In this document: piece by piece, positions 37,120 to 46,999 of the stretch
How positions within the stretch are numbered: position 1 is the stretch's first letter
How the letters are laid out: the number at the start of each line of letters is the position of its first letter
NCBI GenBank assembly: GCA_963850305.1
Contig: CAWKKR010000001.1
Coordinates: 576,001-640,000 of the forward strand
DNA from: an uncultured delta proteobacterium
GTDB lineage: Bacteria; Myxococcota_A; Polyangia; Polyangiales; Polyangiaceae
DNA: 64,000 bases
Direction: 5' to 3'
Made by a program: the position numbers and the translations under genes
The notes under the pieces: model-generated
Told to the model about the DNA's origin: nothing
What the model saw: only the letters and a program-made list of their open reading frames with translations
Databases searched by the model: none

Positions 37120-39521
37120 ATGAATCAGCAGGAAATCCTGCCGGTTGTCCCGGCTCCGGTCCATTCCATCCCCTCGAGCTCGGCTGGCTGGCCCTTCGTG
37201 CCACGGCTCAGGATCTATTCGGAACGCGTCACCCTGGATTCAGGCGATTCACTGCGGGTGAAGCTGAGCGACGCGACGCGCACCGTCGCGTCGCTCGTTT
37301 TCGACTACGGAGACGGAGAGCTCTATCGCGCATCCGAGCCGGAAAATGTCCACGCCGGGGATGACGATGACGCCGTCGAGACCTCGGACTTCCCCGACTC
37401 CGTGAGCGCGTTCGTCGATAGGCGAAATAGCCGCGCCGAGGCACGAGCGCAATGCATGCTCGAGAGCTTCGGGGCCGTGGAGCTCGCGCGACTCGATGAC
37501 GTGCTCGTCGCGCCCACTTCACGCGCGGACTACCTGGTGCACCAGGACGACAGCGTGCACGCGCTCTGCTCCTTCCTGGCGCACGCGGTGCCGCTCCTGC
37601 GCGAGCGCGGCTTCGACGTCGAGATCGACGAACATCAGCCGCGGGTGACAAAGCCGGCTGCATCCTTCTACGCGGCGCTCCGCGGGGATGACGGGGACGA
37701 TGCTGGCGATTGGTTCAGCCTCGAGCTTGGCGTCGATGTCGACGGCGAACGCATCGATCTGTTGCCCGCCCTGCTCGACCTGCTGAGATCCGTTCCCGAC
37801 GATTCGAGCCTGGCGGCGCTTCGTCGTCTTCCGGCAAAGTACCGCGTGCTCAGGGTCGAAGACGGTCGCTATCTGCCGTTTTCACCGGACCGCCTGATTG
37901 CGCTCCTCGAGGTGCTCATAGATCTATACGACGGTGCGCCGTCCCCCGAGGCGAGCGGACGGTTCCGGAAGGAACGCGCGCTGTGCCTGACCGGCCTGGA
38001 CGATGTGCTCGGCTCCGAACGACCAATGCGCTGGGATGGAGGGTCCGAGACCGTCGAGCGCGCGCGAAAATTCCTTCGTGAGCCCAGAAAGGCGCCGCCG
38101 CCGGCTCATGGTCTCGCCGTCACGCTGCGGCCATACCAGGAAGAGGGCCTCGCGTGGCTTCAGCACCTGCGCGAAAACGAGATGGGCGGCGTGCTCGCCG
38201 ACGACATGGGGCTCGGCAAGACATTGCAGACGATTGCGCACCTCGTGGTCGAGAAGCGGTCCGGCCGCATGAACATCCCGAGCCTTGTCGTCATGCCGAC
38301 GAGCCTCATCGGAAACTGGCAACGCGAGCTCCGGAAATTCGCTCCTGGCCTGTTGACGCTCGTGCTCCACGGCCGAGACAGGAATCGGCACAGCCGCTAC
38401 GTCGCGCGGGCAGACGTCGTTCTGACGACGTATCCGGTGTTGCTTCGGGATATCGAATCGCTGAAAGAGGCCGCGTTTCACCTCGTGGTACTCGACGAGG
38501 CGCAGGCCATCAAAAATCCGCGGAGTCGCGCCCATCAGGCTGCGGCGGAGCTCAACGCGCGACACCGCCTGTGCCTGACGGGAACACCCGTCGAAAATAA
38601 CCTCGACGAACTCTGGGCCCTGTTCGATTTCCTCGCGAAGGGAATGCTCGGCACCGGAGCGGAGTTTCGCGCTCGGTTCCGGCTTCCGATCGAGCGTCGT
38701 GGGGACGAGCAACAACTCTCGCTCCTCCGCGAGCGCGTCGCGCCGTTCGTGCTGCGCCGCATGAAGGAGGACGTGGCCAAGGAGCTCCCCCCAAGACGGA
38801 GCTCGTTCGGCCCGTCGAGATGCAGGGCAAGGAACGCGAGCTTTACGAGAACATCCGCGTCGCGGCCCACGCCGAAATCCGCGGATTGATCCGCAAGAAG
38901 GGCATCGTCGCATCCACGATCGCGATCCTCGACGCGCTGATGAAGCTCCGGCAGGCGTGCTGCCACCCGAAGCTCGTCGCGGTGGACCAGGCTCGGAACG
39001 TGACCGGGTCGGCGAAATTCGACGTGCTCCTGGGGATGCTCGACGAGCAACTCGGGCAGGGACGGAGCGTCCTCGTCTTCTCGCAATTCGCGCGCATGCT
39101 CGCGCTCATCTCGGAAGAACTATTGAAGCGCGGGGTCCGTCACACGACGTTGACCGGTGCGACGCGCGATCGCCAGGGGGCCATCGATGCGTTCCAGAAC
39201 GCCAAGGCCGACGTATTCCTCATCAGCCTGAAGGCGGGTGGCACGGGGCTCAACCTCACGCGCGCCGACACGGTGATCCACTACGAGCCGTGGTGGAATC
39301 CCGCGGCCCAGGCACAAGCGACGGACCGCGCCCACCGCATCGGACAGACGAACCCGGTGTTCGTACACAACCTGATCGTGAGCGGGAGCGTCGAGGAGCG
39401 GATGCTGAGACTGCAGGAGAGGAAGCGCCACCTCGCCGACACCATCCTCGGCGCGACCAGCGGCGGCGCGAACCTGTCCGAAGACGACGTCGACGACCTG
39501 TTCGCGCCGCTCGATGACTAG
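37120..39521 (+). CDS. SNF2-family helicase, split by a frameshift at about 38790
   Basis: LRPYQ, LADDMGLGKT, DEAQ, LTGTPVEN in frame 1. LVFSQF, SLKAGGTGLNL, PWWNPA, QATDRAHRIGQ in frame 2. One extra C in the C6 run restores ELPPKTE. Confidence 0.93.
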
Positions 39522-39525
39522 TAAA

Positions 39526-39658
39526 GGGGGGCCTTGCCGCCCCCGCGGCTCGCTTCGCGACCGCTCCCCCCGCCGCCTTCGGCGGGCTCGCTCCGCTCGC
39601 GTAGTTCCGCACCTCCGTGATCCCTCGGGGACGACGCTGCTCGTCGATGCGGAACTAC
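39526..39658 (-). repeat. Dispersed intergenic palindromic element, copy 2
   Basis: GTAGTTCCGCA...TGCGGAACTAC stem at 39601-39658 plus the mini-hairpin tail. Inverted relative to copy 1. Confidence 0.85.
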
Positions 39659-39662
39659 TACC

Positions 39663-40778
39663 TCACGGAAGCTTCGGTTCCTCCAGCGTGCCCTTGCACT
39701 CGAGTGCACCGAGGAAGGCGATGAGGTGCTTGAAGTCGTCGGGGGTGAGCTTCCGGTCGACGAGGCGCGCGTCGCGATTCTTGTTCTTGAAGCCGCCGCC
39801 GGCCATGAAGTGCACCGCGTCCTCGAGCTTCGCTTTCGAGCCGTTGTGGAAGTAGGGCGCGATCTTCGTAATGTTGCGGAGCGATGGTGTCTTGAAAGCG
39901 GCCCAGTCCGACTCGTTCCCCGTCACCTTCATGCGCCCTACGTCGACATCCGCCTCCTTCACGCCTTCGATCCCCATGCCGGTGTTGTGGTAACTGCCGG
40001 CGTCGGTGTTGTAAGCGTCGGAGAACATGGGCGGCGTGTGGCAGTTGAAACAGCCCGCTTTACCCGTGAAGAGACCCCAGCCCGCCTTCTGGTCTGCGTC
40101 CAGAGCTGACTGATCGCCTGCGTTGAACTTGTCGAAGGCCGTGTCGGCGCAGTAGAGCGTGCGCTCGTAAGACGACACTGCTTGCGCGATCGTCTCGGGG
40201 GTTGCGCCATCTCCGGGGAAGGCTTCGTCGAACTCCTTCTTGTAGCCAGGTATCGCCCCGATCTCTTTGGCCTTGGCCCTCAGATTCTCTTTGCCGACGC
40301 CCATGTTCGCGCCGGACCATGCGGCGGTCATCTGGTCTTCGAGCGTTTCGGCGCGACCGTCCCAGTAGAGTCGCGGGAGAAATCCGACGTTCCAGATCAT
40401 CGGCGCGTGGCGCGTCAGCTTGACACCCTTGGCCCCGACCCCGATCGGATCGTGACCTGCCGTCCCGTTCTCGTTCTGATGGCACGAATAGCAAGAGACG
40501 GAGCCGTCCACCGAGAGGCGCTTGTCGAAAAACAGCTGATGACCGAGCGCGACTTTCGCGGGCGTGAGCGGATTGTCCTTCGGCACCCGAAGCCCGGCGA
40601 ACGTCGGCACGGTGGGAAGCGGCGGATACGTCACCGCCGGCTCGGCGGGCGCCTCGACCTTCTTCGGCGTGGCCACCGCCGGGGGCGCCGGCGGCTGTTC
40701 TTTCGAGCAACCGAAAACTGCTGAGCCCACGACGGCCACCGTCGCGAGCGTTCCAAGACCAGAGAAGTGTAACGTCAC
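39663..40778 (-). CDS. Di-heme cytochrome c peroxidase (bCcP/MauG family) lipoprotein
   Basis: AAGGAG RBS, lipobox VFGC, LFFDKRLS, CYSCH, YWDGRA, CFNCH, FKTPSLRN, PYFHNG. Confidence 0.93.
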   Translation of the reverse strand: MTLHFSGLGTLATVAVVGSAVFGCSKEQPPAPPAVATPKKVEAPAEPAVTYPPLPTVPTFAGLRVPKDNPLTPAKVALGHQLFFDKRLSVDGSVSCYSCHQNENGTAGHDPIGVGAKGVKLTRHAPMIWNVGFLPRLYWDGRAETLEDQMTAAWSGANMGVGKENLRAKAKEIGAIPGYKKEFDEAFPGDGATPETIAQAVSSYERTLYCADTAFDKFNAGDQSALDADQKAGWGLFTGKAGCFNCHTPPMFSDAYNTDAGSYHNTGMGIEGVKEADVDVGRMKVTGNESDWAAFKTPSLRNITKIAPYFHNGSKAKLEDAVHFMAGGGFKNKNRDARLVDRKLTPDDFKHLIAFLGALECKGTLEEPKLP

Positions 40779-40896
40779 GGTCTCGTCTCCTTTTCTGGAT
40801 CGCGTCCCCGCGGCCCGCCGCGAGCTAGCCACGCTCGGGCGCGACTTTCAACAGGCACCGAGCTCCGCGAACTTCTGAGCGTGGTATTTTGCCCCA

Positions 40897-41682
40897 GTGA
40901 CTGGAATATCTTGTCCGAACTGCGGCGCGCCGCTGGATGCCATGGCTCGCCGCTGCGGTTATTGCGGGGGTCCCGTGGCGACTCTGCGGTGCGGCGGCTG
41001 CTACGCACTGAACGCGCCCGAGGCCCGACATTGCTCGGCATGCGGACGCGAGCTGGGGCTCGAACCCATCCCGGACCCGGAAGCCGCGTCCCTTGGATGT
41101 CCGCAGTGCGAGATAGCCTTGCGGGGGTTTGCGAGCGGCCCCGGGAGGTTGTTCGATTGCGACGGCTGCGGTGGACAGTTCGTCGAACACGCGCTGCTCC
41201 GAGATCTCCTCGAACGCCGTGAAGTGCGTGGTGAGGCGGTCCCGCGGCGTCCGCAGCTGCCGCCCTCGTCTCCGCAGATCGTGCACTATCTGCCGTGCCC
41301 GGTCTGCCAGAGGCTAATGAACCGTCACAACTTCGGCGCGAAGAGCGGTGTCATCGTCGATATCTGTGGCGGCCATGGCGTCTGGTTCCACGCACACGAT
41401 CTCGGAAGGGTCCTGGACTTCGTTGAGGGCGGCGGCCTCGATCGTGCGCGCCTTCAGAATGCGGAGGACCTCGGACGAGACCGCATCCAGGAGGCCGGAG
41501 GACAACTTCGAACCGATCAGCTCCCGCACCCGTTACCGTTCCGGATCAGCGGAGAGGATTCCACCATCGCGCATGCCCTGCCTTCGGCGTGGTCGACCGG
41601 GTTTGCGGACGACGGGAGAGAGCTGGCCGCCGCGATCTTTCATCGCCTCGAGGAGCTGTTCGAGCACCTGACGCGCGACTGA
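40897..41682 (+). CDS. Multi-zinc-ribbon protein (double zinc ribbon plus TFIIB-type zinc fingers)
   Basis: Eight CxxC/CxxH pairs including CPQC...CDGCGGQF and CPVC...CGGHGVWF. Confidence 0.85.
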   Translation: MTGISCPNCGAPLDAMARRCGYCGGPVATLRCGGCYALNAPEARHCSACGRELGLEPIPDPEAASLGCPQCEIALRGFASGPGRLFDCDGCGGQFVEHALLRDLLERREVRGEAVPRRPQLPPSSPQIVHYLPCPVCQRLMNRHNFGAKSGVIVDICGGHGVWFHAHDLGRVLDFVEGGGLDRARLQNAEDLGRDRIQEAGGQLRTDQLPHPLPFRISGEDSTIAHALPSAWSTGFADDGRELAAAIFHRLEELFEHLTRD

Positions 41683-41697
41683 GGGCTCGGAGAGCAC

Positions 41698-44600
41698 TCA
41701 GCGCCGCCGTCTGCGCGCCCGACGACGCCCTGCGGACGAGGCCGCGAGCAGCCCGAGCGCGACCAGCGTCGACGAGGGCGCTCGGCGACGTTCGCTCGGG
41801 ACGGAACATGCGCAGCCGCCACCGGCCAGGGTGCCTTCGATATTCGCCGCACCTCCGGTTTCCGGCGGTACCGACGACGCTCCTCCCGTCTCGAACGACG
41901 ACGTCCCGCCCGTCTCGAACGACGATGCGCCACCGGCGCCAGGCAAGGACGTCCCCGTACAGGTACCGATGTCGGACGTCACCGAGCTGCAGGTGTCGCC
42001 GCTCACGCATCCGTTTCCGCCCACGCCGCGGCAGCCATCGCGACAGACCCCGGTGCTCGTGTCGCAGACGCTGCCACTCGTGGTCGAGCCGCAGTCGCTA
42101 TCAGTGGAACAGCCGCAACCCGTCGCCGGACAGGAGTTGCCGCCGTCACCGTGCGACGTGCCCGAGTCACCCGCCGTGACGCAGCCCGAGCACGCGACTC
42201 CGCCGTCATGGATGACCGTCGTGCCACCGTCTCCGGCACTGGTCGTCCCGCCATCGTTGCCGGTCGTGCCGCCACCCGTGGGACCGCACTTGCCGTCTGC
42301 AACGTCGCACGTCCCGGAGCGGCACACGGTCGAGCCGTCCGTCGCCGTGCACGGCCCGTCGCCGTTGCCCAGGCCGCACTCATTGTCAGTGGCGTCGCAC
42401 ACGCCGGACCGACAAACCTCTGCCCCATTCCCGGTCGAACAAGGGCCCTGACCATTCGGGTAGCCGCACTTGCCGTCGGGTCCGACGACGCCGCTGCGGC
42501 ACTCGGCGGTGCCAGCGTCGTTCGGCGGAGTCGTGCCGTTCGCGTCACCGCACTTGTTGTCGGACGGATCGCAGACGCCGCTGAGACACGCGCGCTGGCC
42601 ATTCGCGACGGTGCATTTGCCGACTATCGGCGGGGCACCCGGCAGTGGCGAGCCGTTCGGGAGCTTGGGCTCGCACGTTCCGTTGCCGTCGCACCAGTCG
42701 GCGCTGCCGCAATCCGCATCGCTCGAACACGACGCGGTGCACGAGCCGTTCACGCAGAACGTGCCTGCGTGGGTCGGACCGAGACAGTCTGCGCTCGTCG
42801 AGCAGTGTCCGCACGCTCCTCCGGTCGCGCAATATGGAGCGCCCGACGTCGCGCATGGATGCGCGCTCGATACGCCGAGGTCCGACGTGCAACTCGTACA
42901 CGCGCCCGTCGCCGCGTTGCAGACCGGGGTGTTGCCGGTGCACGCCGTCGCCGAGCTCGCCGTGCATTCGACGCATTCGCTCGTCGTGGGGTTGCAGACC
43001 CCTGTCGGCGCACTGCAGTTCGCGTCTCCCGCACAGGCCTCGCACTTGCCCGAGTTCGTGCCGCTGGTGACGCAGAAGCCGGCCTGGCACTCGCCGGACG
43101 TCGTGCACGTCCCGTCGCCCTCGGCGATGCCGCACTTCTGGTTCGAGGTGTCGCAGACCGTCGACGTGCAAGCCCGGCCTCCGAGCGTCGCCGTGCAGGT
43201 GCCGCCGGGAACGGTGGTGCCGTTGGGCAGGGTTGGCCCGCAGACGCCGGCTTGCGTGATGTTGTTGCACCAATCACCGGTGCCGCACTGCTTGTCATTC
43301 ACGCAGTTCGCCGTGCACATCCCGGTCGTCGCGTTGCAGTACGGGGCCGCATTCGGGCACGGCTCGGTCGACGAACTGCCGGCGTTCCCATTGCATGCGA
43401 CGCACGCGTGCGTCGCCGAATTGCAGACTGGCGTCGCTCCGGAGCACTGGTTGTCCGCGGTGCACCCGACGCACTGGTTCGTCGTCGGGTCGCAGACCGG
43501 GGTCGTGCCCCCGCAGTCGGTGCCGGTCGCGCACGGCTCGCATTTGCCGGCGTTCGGACCCGTCGCGACGCACACGCCGGACTGGCACTGCGACGTGACC
43601 CCGCAGGGGCCGTCGCCCGGAGCGAATCCGCATTCGCTGTTCGCCGGGTCGCATACCCCCGACCGACAGACCACGACCCCCACGGTGGCGCTGCAGGTTC
43701 CGTTCAGTACGGGCGTGTGATCCGCAGAGGTGGGGATCTTCGCACCGTTCGCCAGCTTCGGTTTGCATGTGCCCGCAAAGGTGCCGCCGCTCGGGTCGTC
43801 GCACCACTGGGCGGTCGTGCACTCCCCGTCCGTCGTGCATTCTCCCGTGCACGTGTTCGTCGTCGGGTTGCAGTTCGGCGCGGCCGACGAGCAATCCGTG
43901 TTCGCGTTGCATTGCACACAGGCGCCGGTTCCACCGGAAGCGACGGAGTTACAGATGGGCGTCGCGGAGTTCGTCGCCGCACATTCGGCGTTCGACTGGC
44001 AGCCGCGGCAGAAACCCTGCGGGGTCGACTGATCGCAGATCGGGATATTGCCGCCGCACGCCGCGGGCTCGGCCTTGCAGTCGCAGAGATCTTCCAGATG
44101 ATTCGTGTTTTGATCCGCAAAAGGCGTCTGGCTGAGGACCCAGTAGGTGACCAGGTGCTCGTCCTTCGAGGCCCCCGTCGAGGCAGAGAACCCGGGATAC
44201 CCCTGCGTTCCGTTCAAATATTGCGTGACGTCCGAAAGCCCGGTTGCGGTGAGGATGGGGGTCGCGGGTTTCGTGGGAAGCGTCGCGGGGTTCGTCGGAT
44301 CCGCAAAGTTGGCCGCGACGTTCGTGTTGTTGAAGGTCATGTAGATCTTCGCCGTGCACGAACCGCCGGGGCACGTGTAATCGATCCACACGTCACGCGT
44401 GTCGTAGCTCGCCGTCGTCGACTCGAGCGAATGCAGGAGCACGTTCAGGGAGACCGGCTCGAACACCGAGACCGTCGCGTTCTCGGCCTGCCCGAGAAAC
44501 AGCGCTCCGGTGCCGTCACCGGCCGCGGTGTGATGGTTGTGCCCGCCGTACTCCACGCTGATGTGATTGCCATCGGGATCCTGTCGGGTCGCGTTCTGGT

Positions 44601-45096
44601 ACGTGTCGAGCTCGAGCGCGAAGCTCTGCGTGATCCCGGCGTAGGCGAAGCCTTCCCCCGCGCGACCGACCGACGTGAGTCCGGCGCCGGTCTTGCCCTC
44701 TCCGAGTGGGTCCCCGCCTGGATCGTTTTGGACCATGAACGAGAAGCCGTCAGCGCCGGCGGGCGGAGAGTCCGCCCCGCCGCCGGAGATGCGCACACGG
44801 AAGTGCTGGTACAGTGAACCGCCTGCGGTGAACGTGATGGGGATCTTGTGGAAGACGGTGCTGCGTTGATTGGCCGTTTCCGTCGTGACCACGATGCCTT
44901 GGCCTTTGCGCACACCGGTCGACGAGACGCTAGCGCCGTTGAGTTGCAGATCCGTCGTCTCCGCGGGGACGGAGAGATCACAGTACGCAAGCTCCTGAGC
45001 GCGGGCCTCCCGGGCGACGAGCGAACCGAAGAGCGACGCTAGCGCAGCGATCTGACACGCCGATGAGCGGAATCGAGAAGCCGTGGGCCTGATCAT
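41698..45096 (-). CDS. TraA-like cell-surface protein: L-type lectin domain, Cys-rich repeats, MYXO-CTERM-type sorting tail
   Basis: AAGGAG RBS, signal peptide (ARA|Q). Lectin motifs ADGFSF, FALELDTYQN...DP...NHI, GFSASTG. Over 600 aa of Cys-rich repeats. GGGCACSV...hydrophobic...RRRARRRRR tail. Confidence 0.85.
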   Translation of the reverse strand: MIRPTASRFRSSACQIAALASLFGSLVAREARAQELAYCDLSVPAETTDLQLNGASVSSTGVRKGQGIVVTTETANQRSTVFHKIPITFTAGGSLYQHFRVRISGGGADSPPAGADGFSFMVQNDPGGDPLGEGKTGAGLTSVGRAGEGFAYAGITQSFALELDTYQNATRQDPDGNHISVEYGGHNHHTAAGDGTGALFLGQAENATVSVFEPVSLNVLLHSLESTTASYDTRDVWIDYTCPGGSCTAKIYMTFNNTNVAANFADPTNPATLPTKPATPILTATGLSDVTQYLNGTQGYPGFSASTGASKDEHLVTYWVLSQTPFADQNTNHLEDLCDCKAEPAACGGNIPICDQSTPQGFCRGCQSNAECAATNSATPICNSVASGGTGACVQCNANTDCSSAAPNCNPTTNTCTGECTTDGECTTAQWCDDPSGGTFAGTCKPKLANGAKIPTSADHTPVLNGTCSATVGVVVCRSGVCDPANSECGFAPGDGPCGVTSQCQSGVCVATGPNAGKCEPCATGTDCGGTTPVCDPTTNQCVGCTADNQCSGATPVCNSATHACVACNGNAGSSSTEPCPNAAPYCNATTGMCTANCVNDKQCGTGDWCNNITQAGVCGPTLPNGTTVPGGTCTATLGGRACTSTVCDTSNQKCGIAEGDGTCTTSGECQAGFCVTSGTNSGKCEACAGDANCSAPTGVCNPTTSECVECTASSATACTGNTPVCNAATGACTSCTSDLGVSSAHPCATSGAPYCATGGACGHCSTSADCLGPTHAGTFCVNGSCTASCSSDADCGSADWCDGNGTCEPKLPNGSPLPGAPPIVGKCTVANGQRACLSGVCDPSDNKCGDANGTTPPNDAGTAECRSGVVGPDGKCGYPNGQGPCSTGNGAEVCRSGVCDATDNECGLGNGDGPCTATDGSTVCRSGTCDVADGKCGPTGGGTTGNDGGTTSAGDGGTTVIHDGGVACSGCVTAGDSGTSHGDGGNSCPATGCGCSTDSDCGSTTSGSVCDTSTGVCRDGCRGVGGNGCVSGDTCSSVTSDIGTCTGTSLPGAGGASSFETGGTSSFETGGASSVPPETGGAANIEGTLAGGGCACSVPSERRRAPSSTLVALGLLAASSAGRRRARRRRR

Positions 45097-45108
45097 GTTC
45101 TTCACTCC

Positions 45109-46839
45109 TTAGTCCGTGTCCGAAGAATCGGCGGGCTTGCCGTCGATCTCGCCGATGTGGAACTCGACTCGGCGATTGCGCTGCCGTCCGTCGCTCGTCG
45201 AGTTGTCGTCGATCGGGCGTTCCATCCCGAAGCCGGCGCTGGTCATGCGACGCGAAGCGATCCCGTGCTTCGTGAGCCAGCGGACGACGCTCGCCGCACG
45301 GCGCTGGCTCAGCCGCTTGTTGTAGGCCGCCGCCCCGCGGTTGTCGGTGTGGCCCTCGACGGAAATCTTCGTGATCTCGGAGTGGTCCTGCAAGATCTGA
45401 AGGACGGCGCTCAGAACGGTGTCGCTCTTGTGAAGGATGACGTCGCTTCCCGTCGCGAACTGAACCTGCTCGAGGATCTTGATCTGCCCCTTCTCGATGT
45501 GGGCCTCGGGGCATCCGTTCTTCTTCGGATCGTCGTTCTTCGGACCGGGATCCTTGGGGCAAGCGTCGTCCGGGTCGTCGATGCCGTCGCCGTCCGTGTC
45601 CTTCGGCGGCGGACATCCGTTCTTCTTCGGGTCGTCGTTCGCGACGCCCTTCTCGTCAGGGCAAGCGTCGTCGTCGTCGAGAATGCCGTCCCCGTCGCGA
45701 TCTCGGATCGGGCAACCGTTCTTCTCGGGATCATCGCTCGGCACGCCCTTCTCGTCGGGGCAAGCGTCCGTCTTGTCGGGGATCCCGTCGTGATCGCGGT
45801 CGTGCTTCTTGTGCCGCGGGCAGCCATTCCGCTTGGGATTTTTGCTATGAACGCCGGGCGTGTCCGGGCACGCATCTTCATCGTCGATGATGCCGTCCCC
45901 GTCGCGATCGGACGGCTCCGCCTTCGGCTCTTCCATCGCCGGCGCCCACTCGAACGAAGCGAGCACTCGCACCTTCGGCGTCCCGTAACCCTCCGTGAGG
46001 CCCGGACCGACGCCGAGACCGAACCGGAACGGGTTCACGAAATAGTGCGCGCCGATGACCGCCTCGAGAGGCGAACCACGCTTCGAAAATGCATCGCCCC
46101 CCTGCACGACGGTCGAGCCGTACACTTCGGGGCCGACGAGCAGCTTCTGATCGACGAGGCGCACGCCCGCAGCCGCGGACCAGAAAACCTCGTTGCCGAT
46201 GGACTGCCCGGCAAAAGTGCCGCTCTCCGCCCGGTAATCGAACCCGAGGCGCCCGGCGTACTCGAACTGCCCGGCCTCGCCGGCGACGGAAAAGTGCGGG
46301 GACAGGCGCATCTTGCCATCTCCCGCAAACGCTTTCTGACTACCGGTCGGGAACCACGCCGAGAGTCCGACGGCGCCCGTGATGATCGACCCGTATCGAC
46401 CAAACAGGCGTCCATCGGCGGAGATACGAAGATCGCCGAGTGCCGCGCCGTTGGTCGTCGAGAAGTCCGCTCCTCCGACCGTCCCGCTGTTCCCCGAAAC
46501 GACCGCAGCGATCGGCAGGTTCAATCCCAGCCGTAGTCTGTCCCACAAGACCAGACTGCCCCCCAGATGAAAGAAGAGCTGACTCGAGACGAGGGGACGA
46601 ACCTCATTCCCGTTCGTGTCGTAAAAGACGAGCGGCTTGTAGCCGTAATCCGCGACGAGACCGACGGCGGGTCTCAGGTGACCCTGGATGTCCAGTGAAT
46701 CGAGAGCGAACCAGTCGCTCCCGCGCTCGGAGGGCTCGAAGCGATCCGCGGCGAAGCCCGCCGTGGTCGCATCCGCGCTCGCGATTTCCGGGGCGAGCAG
46801 AGCCGTCGCCGCCAGAGCCACGAAAGGAAGAAGCTTCAT
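45109..46839 (-). CDS. TraB-like OmpA-family protein: beta-barrel, thrombospondin type 3 repeats, OmpA C-terminal domain
   Basis: Signal peptide (ASA|D), barrel strands, repeated DxDGDGIxDxxDACP, VEGHTDNRG...LSQRRA...NRRVEF. Confidence 0.9.
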   Translation of the reverse strand: MKLLPFVALAATALLAPEIASADATTAGFAADRFEPSERGSDWFALDSLDIQGHLRPAVGLVADYGYKPLVFYDTNGNEVRPLVSSQLFFHLGGSLVLWDRLRLGLNLPIAAVVSGNSGTVGGADFSTTNGAALGDLRISADGRLFGRYGSIITGAVGLSAWFPTGSQKAFAGDGKMRLSPHFSVAGEAGQFEYAGRLGFDYRAESGTFAGQSIGNEVFWSAAAGVRLVDQKLLVGPEVYGSTVVQGGDAFSKRGSPLEAVIGAHYFVNPFRFGLGVGPGLTEGYGTPKVRVLASFEWAPAMEEPKAEPSDRDGDGIIDDEDACPDTPGVHSKNPKRNGCPRHKKHDRDHDGIPDKTDACPDEKGVPSDDPEKNGCPIRDRDGDGILDDDDACPDEKGVANDDPKKNGCPPPKDTDGDGIDDPDDACPKDPGPKNDDPKKNGCPEAHIEKGQIKILEQVQFATGSDVILHKSDTVLSAVLQILQDHSEITKISVEGHTDNRGAAAYNKRLSQRRAASVVRWLTKHGIASRRMTSAGFGMERPIDDNSTSDGRQRNRRVEFHIGEIDGKPADSSDTD

Positions 46840-46999
46840 TTGAGACTGCCGCGCCCGTACGCCGGGCAATTCTTCTCTTTCTACATCACCGGGTGCGGGC
46901 AAGGAAGATCGCTTCCCGCCCTTCTTCATCACGCTTCATCGCGCGAACTCGTCTACGTGTCGGGCCTCGTCCGGTCAGGTGCGCGAACGTGCGTGCGCG

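Noticed and set aside
38780..38800. Programmed ribosomal frameshift in the SNF2 helicase
   Set aside because: Only a C6 run with no typical slippery heptamer, and similar indels occur across the window, so error is more likely.
42151..44817. 888-aa plus-strand Arg/Ala-rich ORF
   Set aside because: Antisense shadow of the Cys-rich TraA-like gene.
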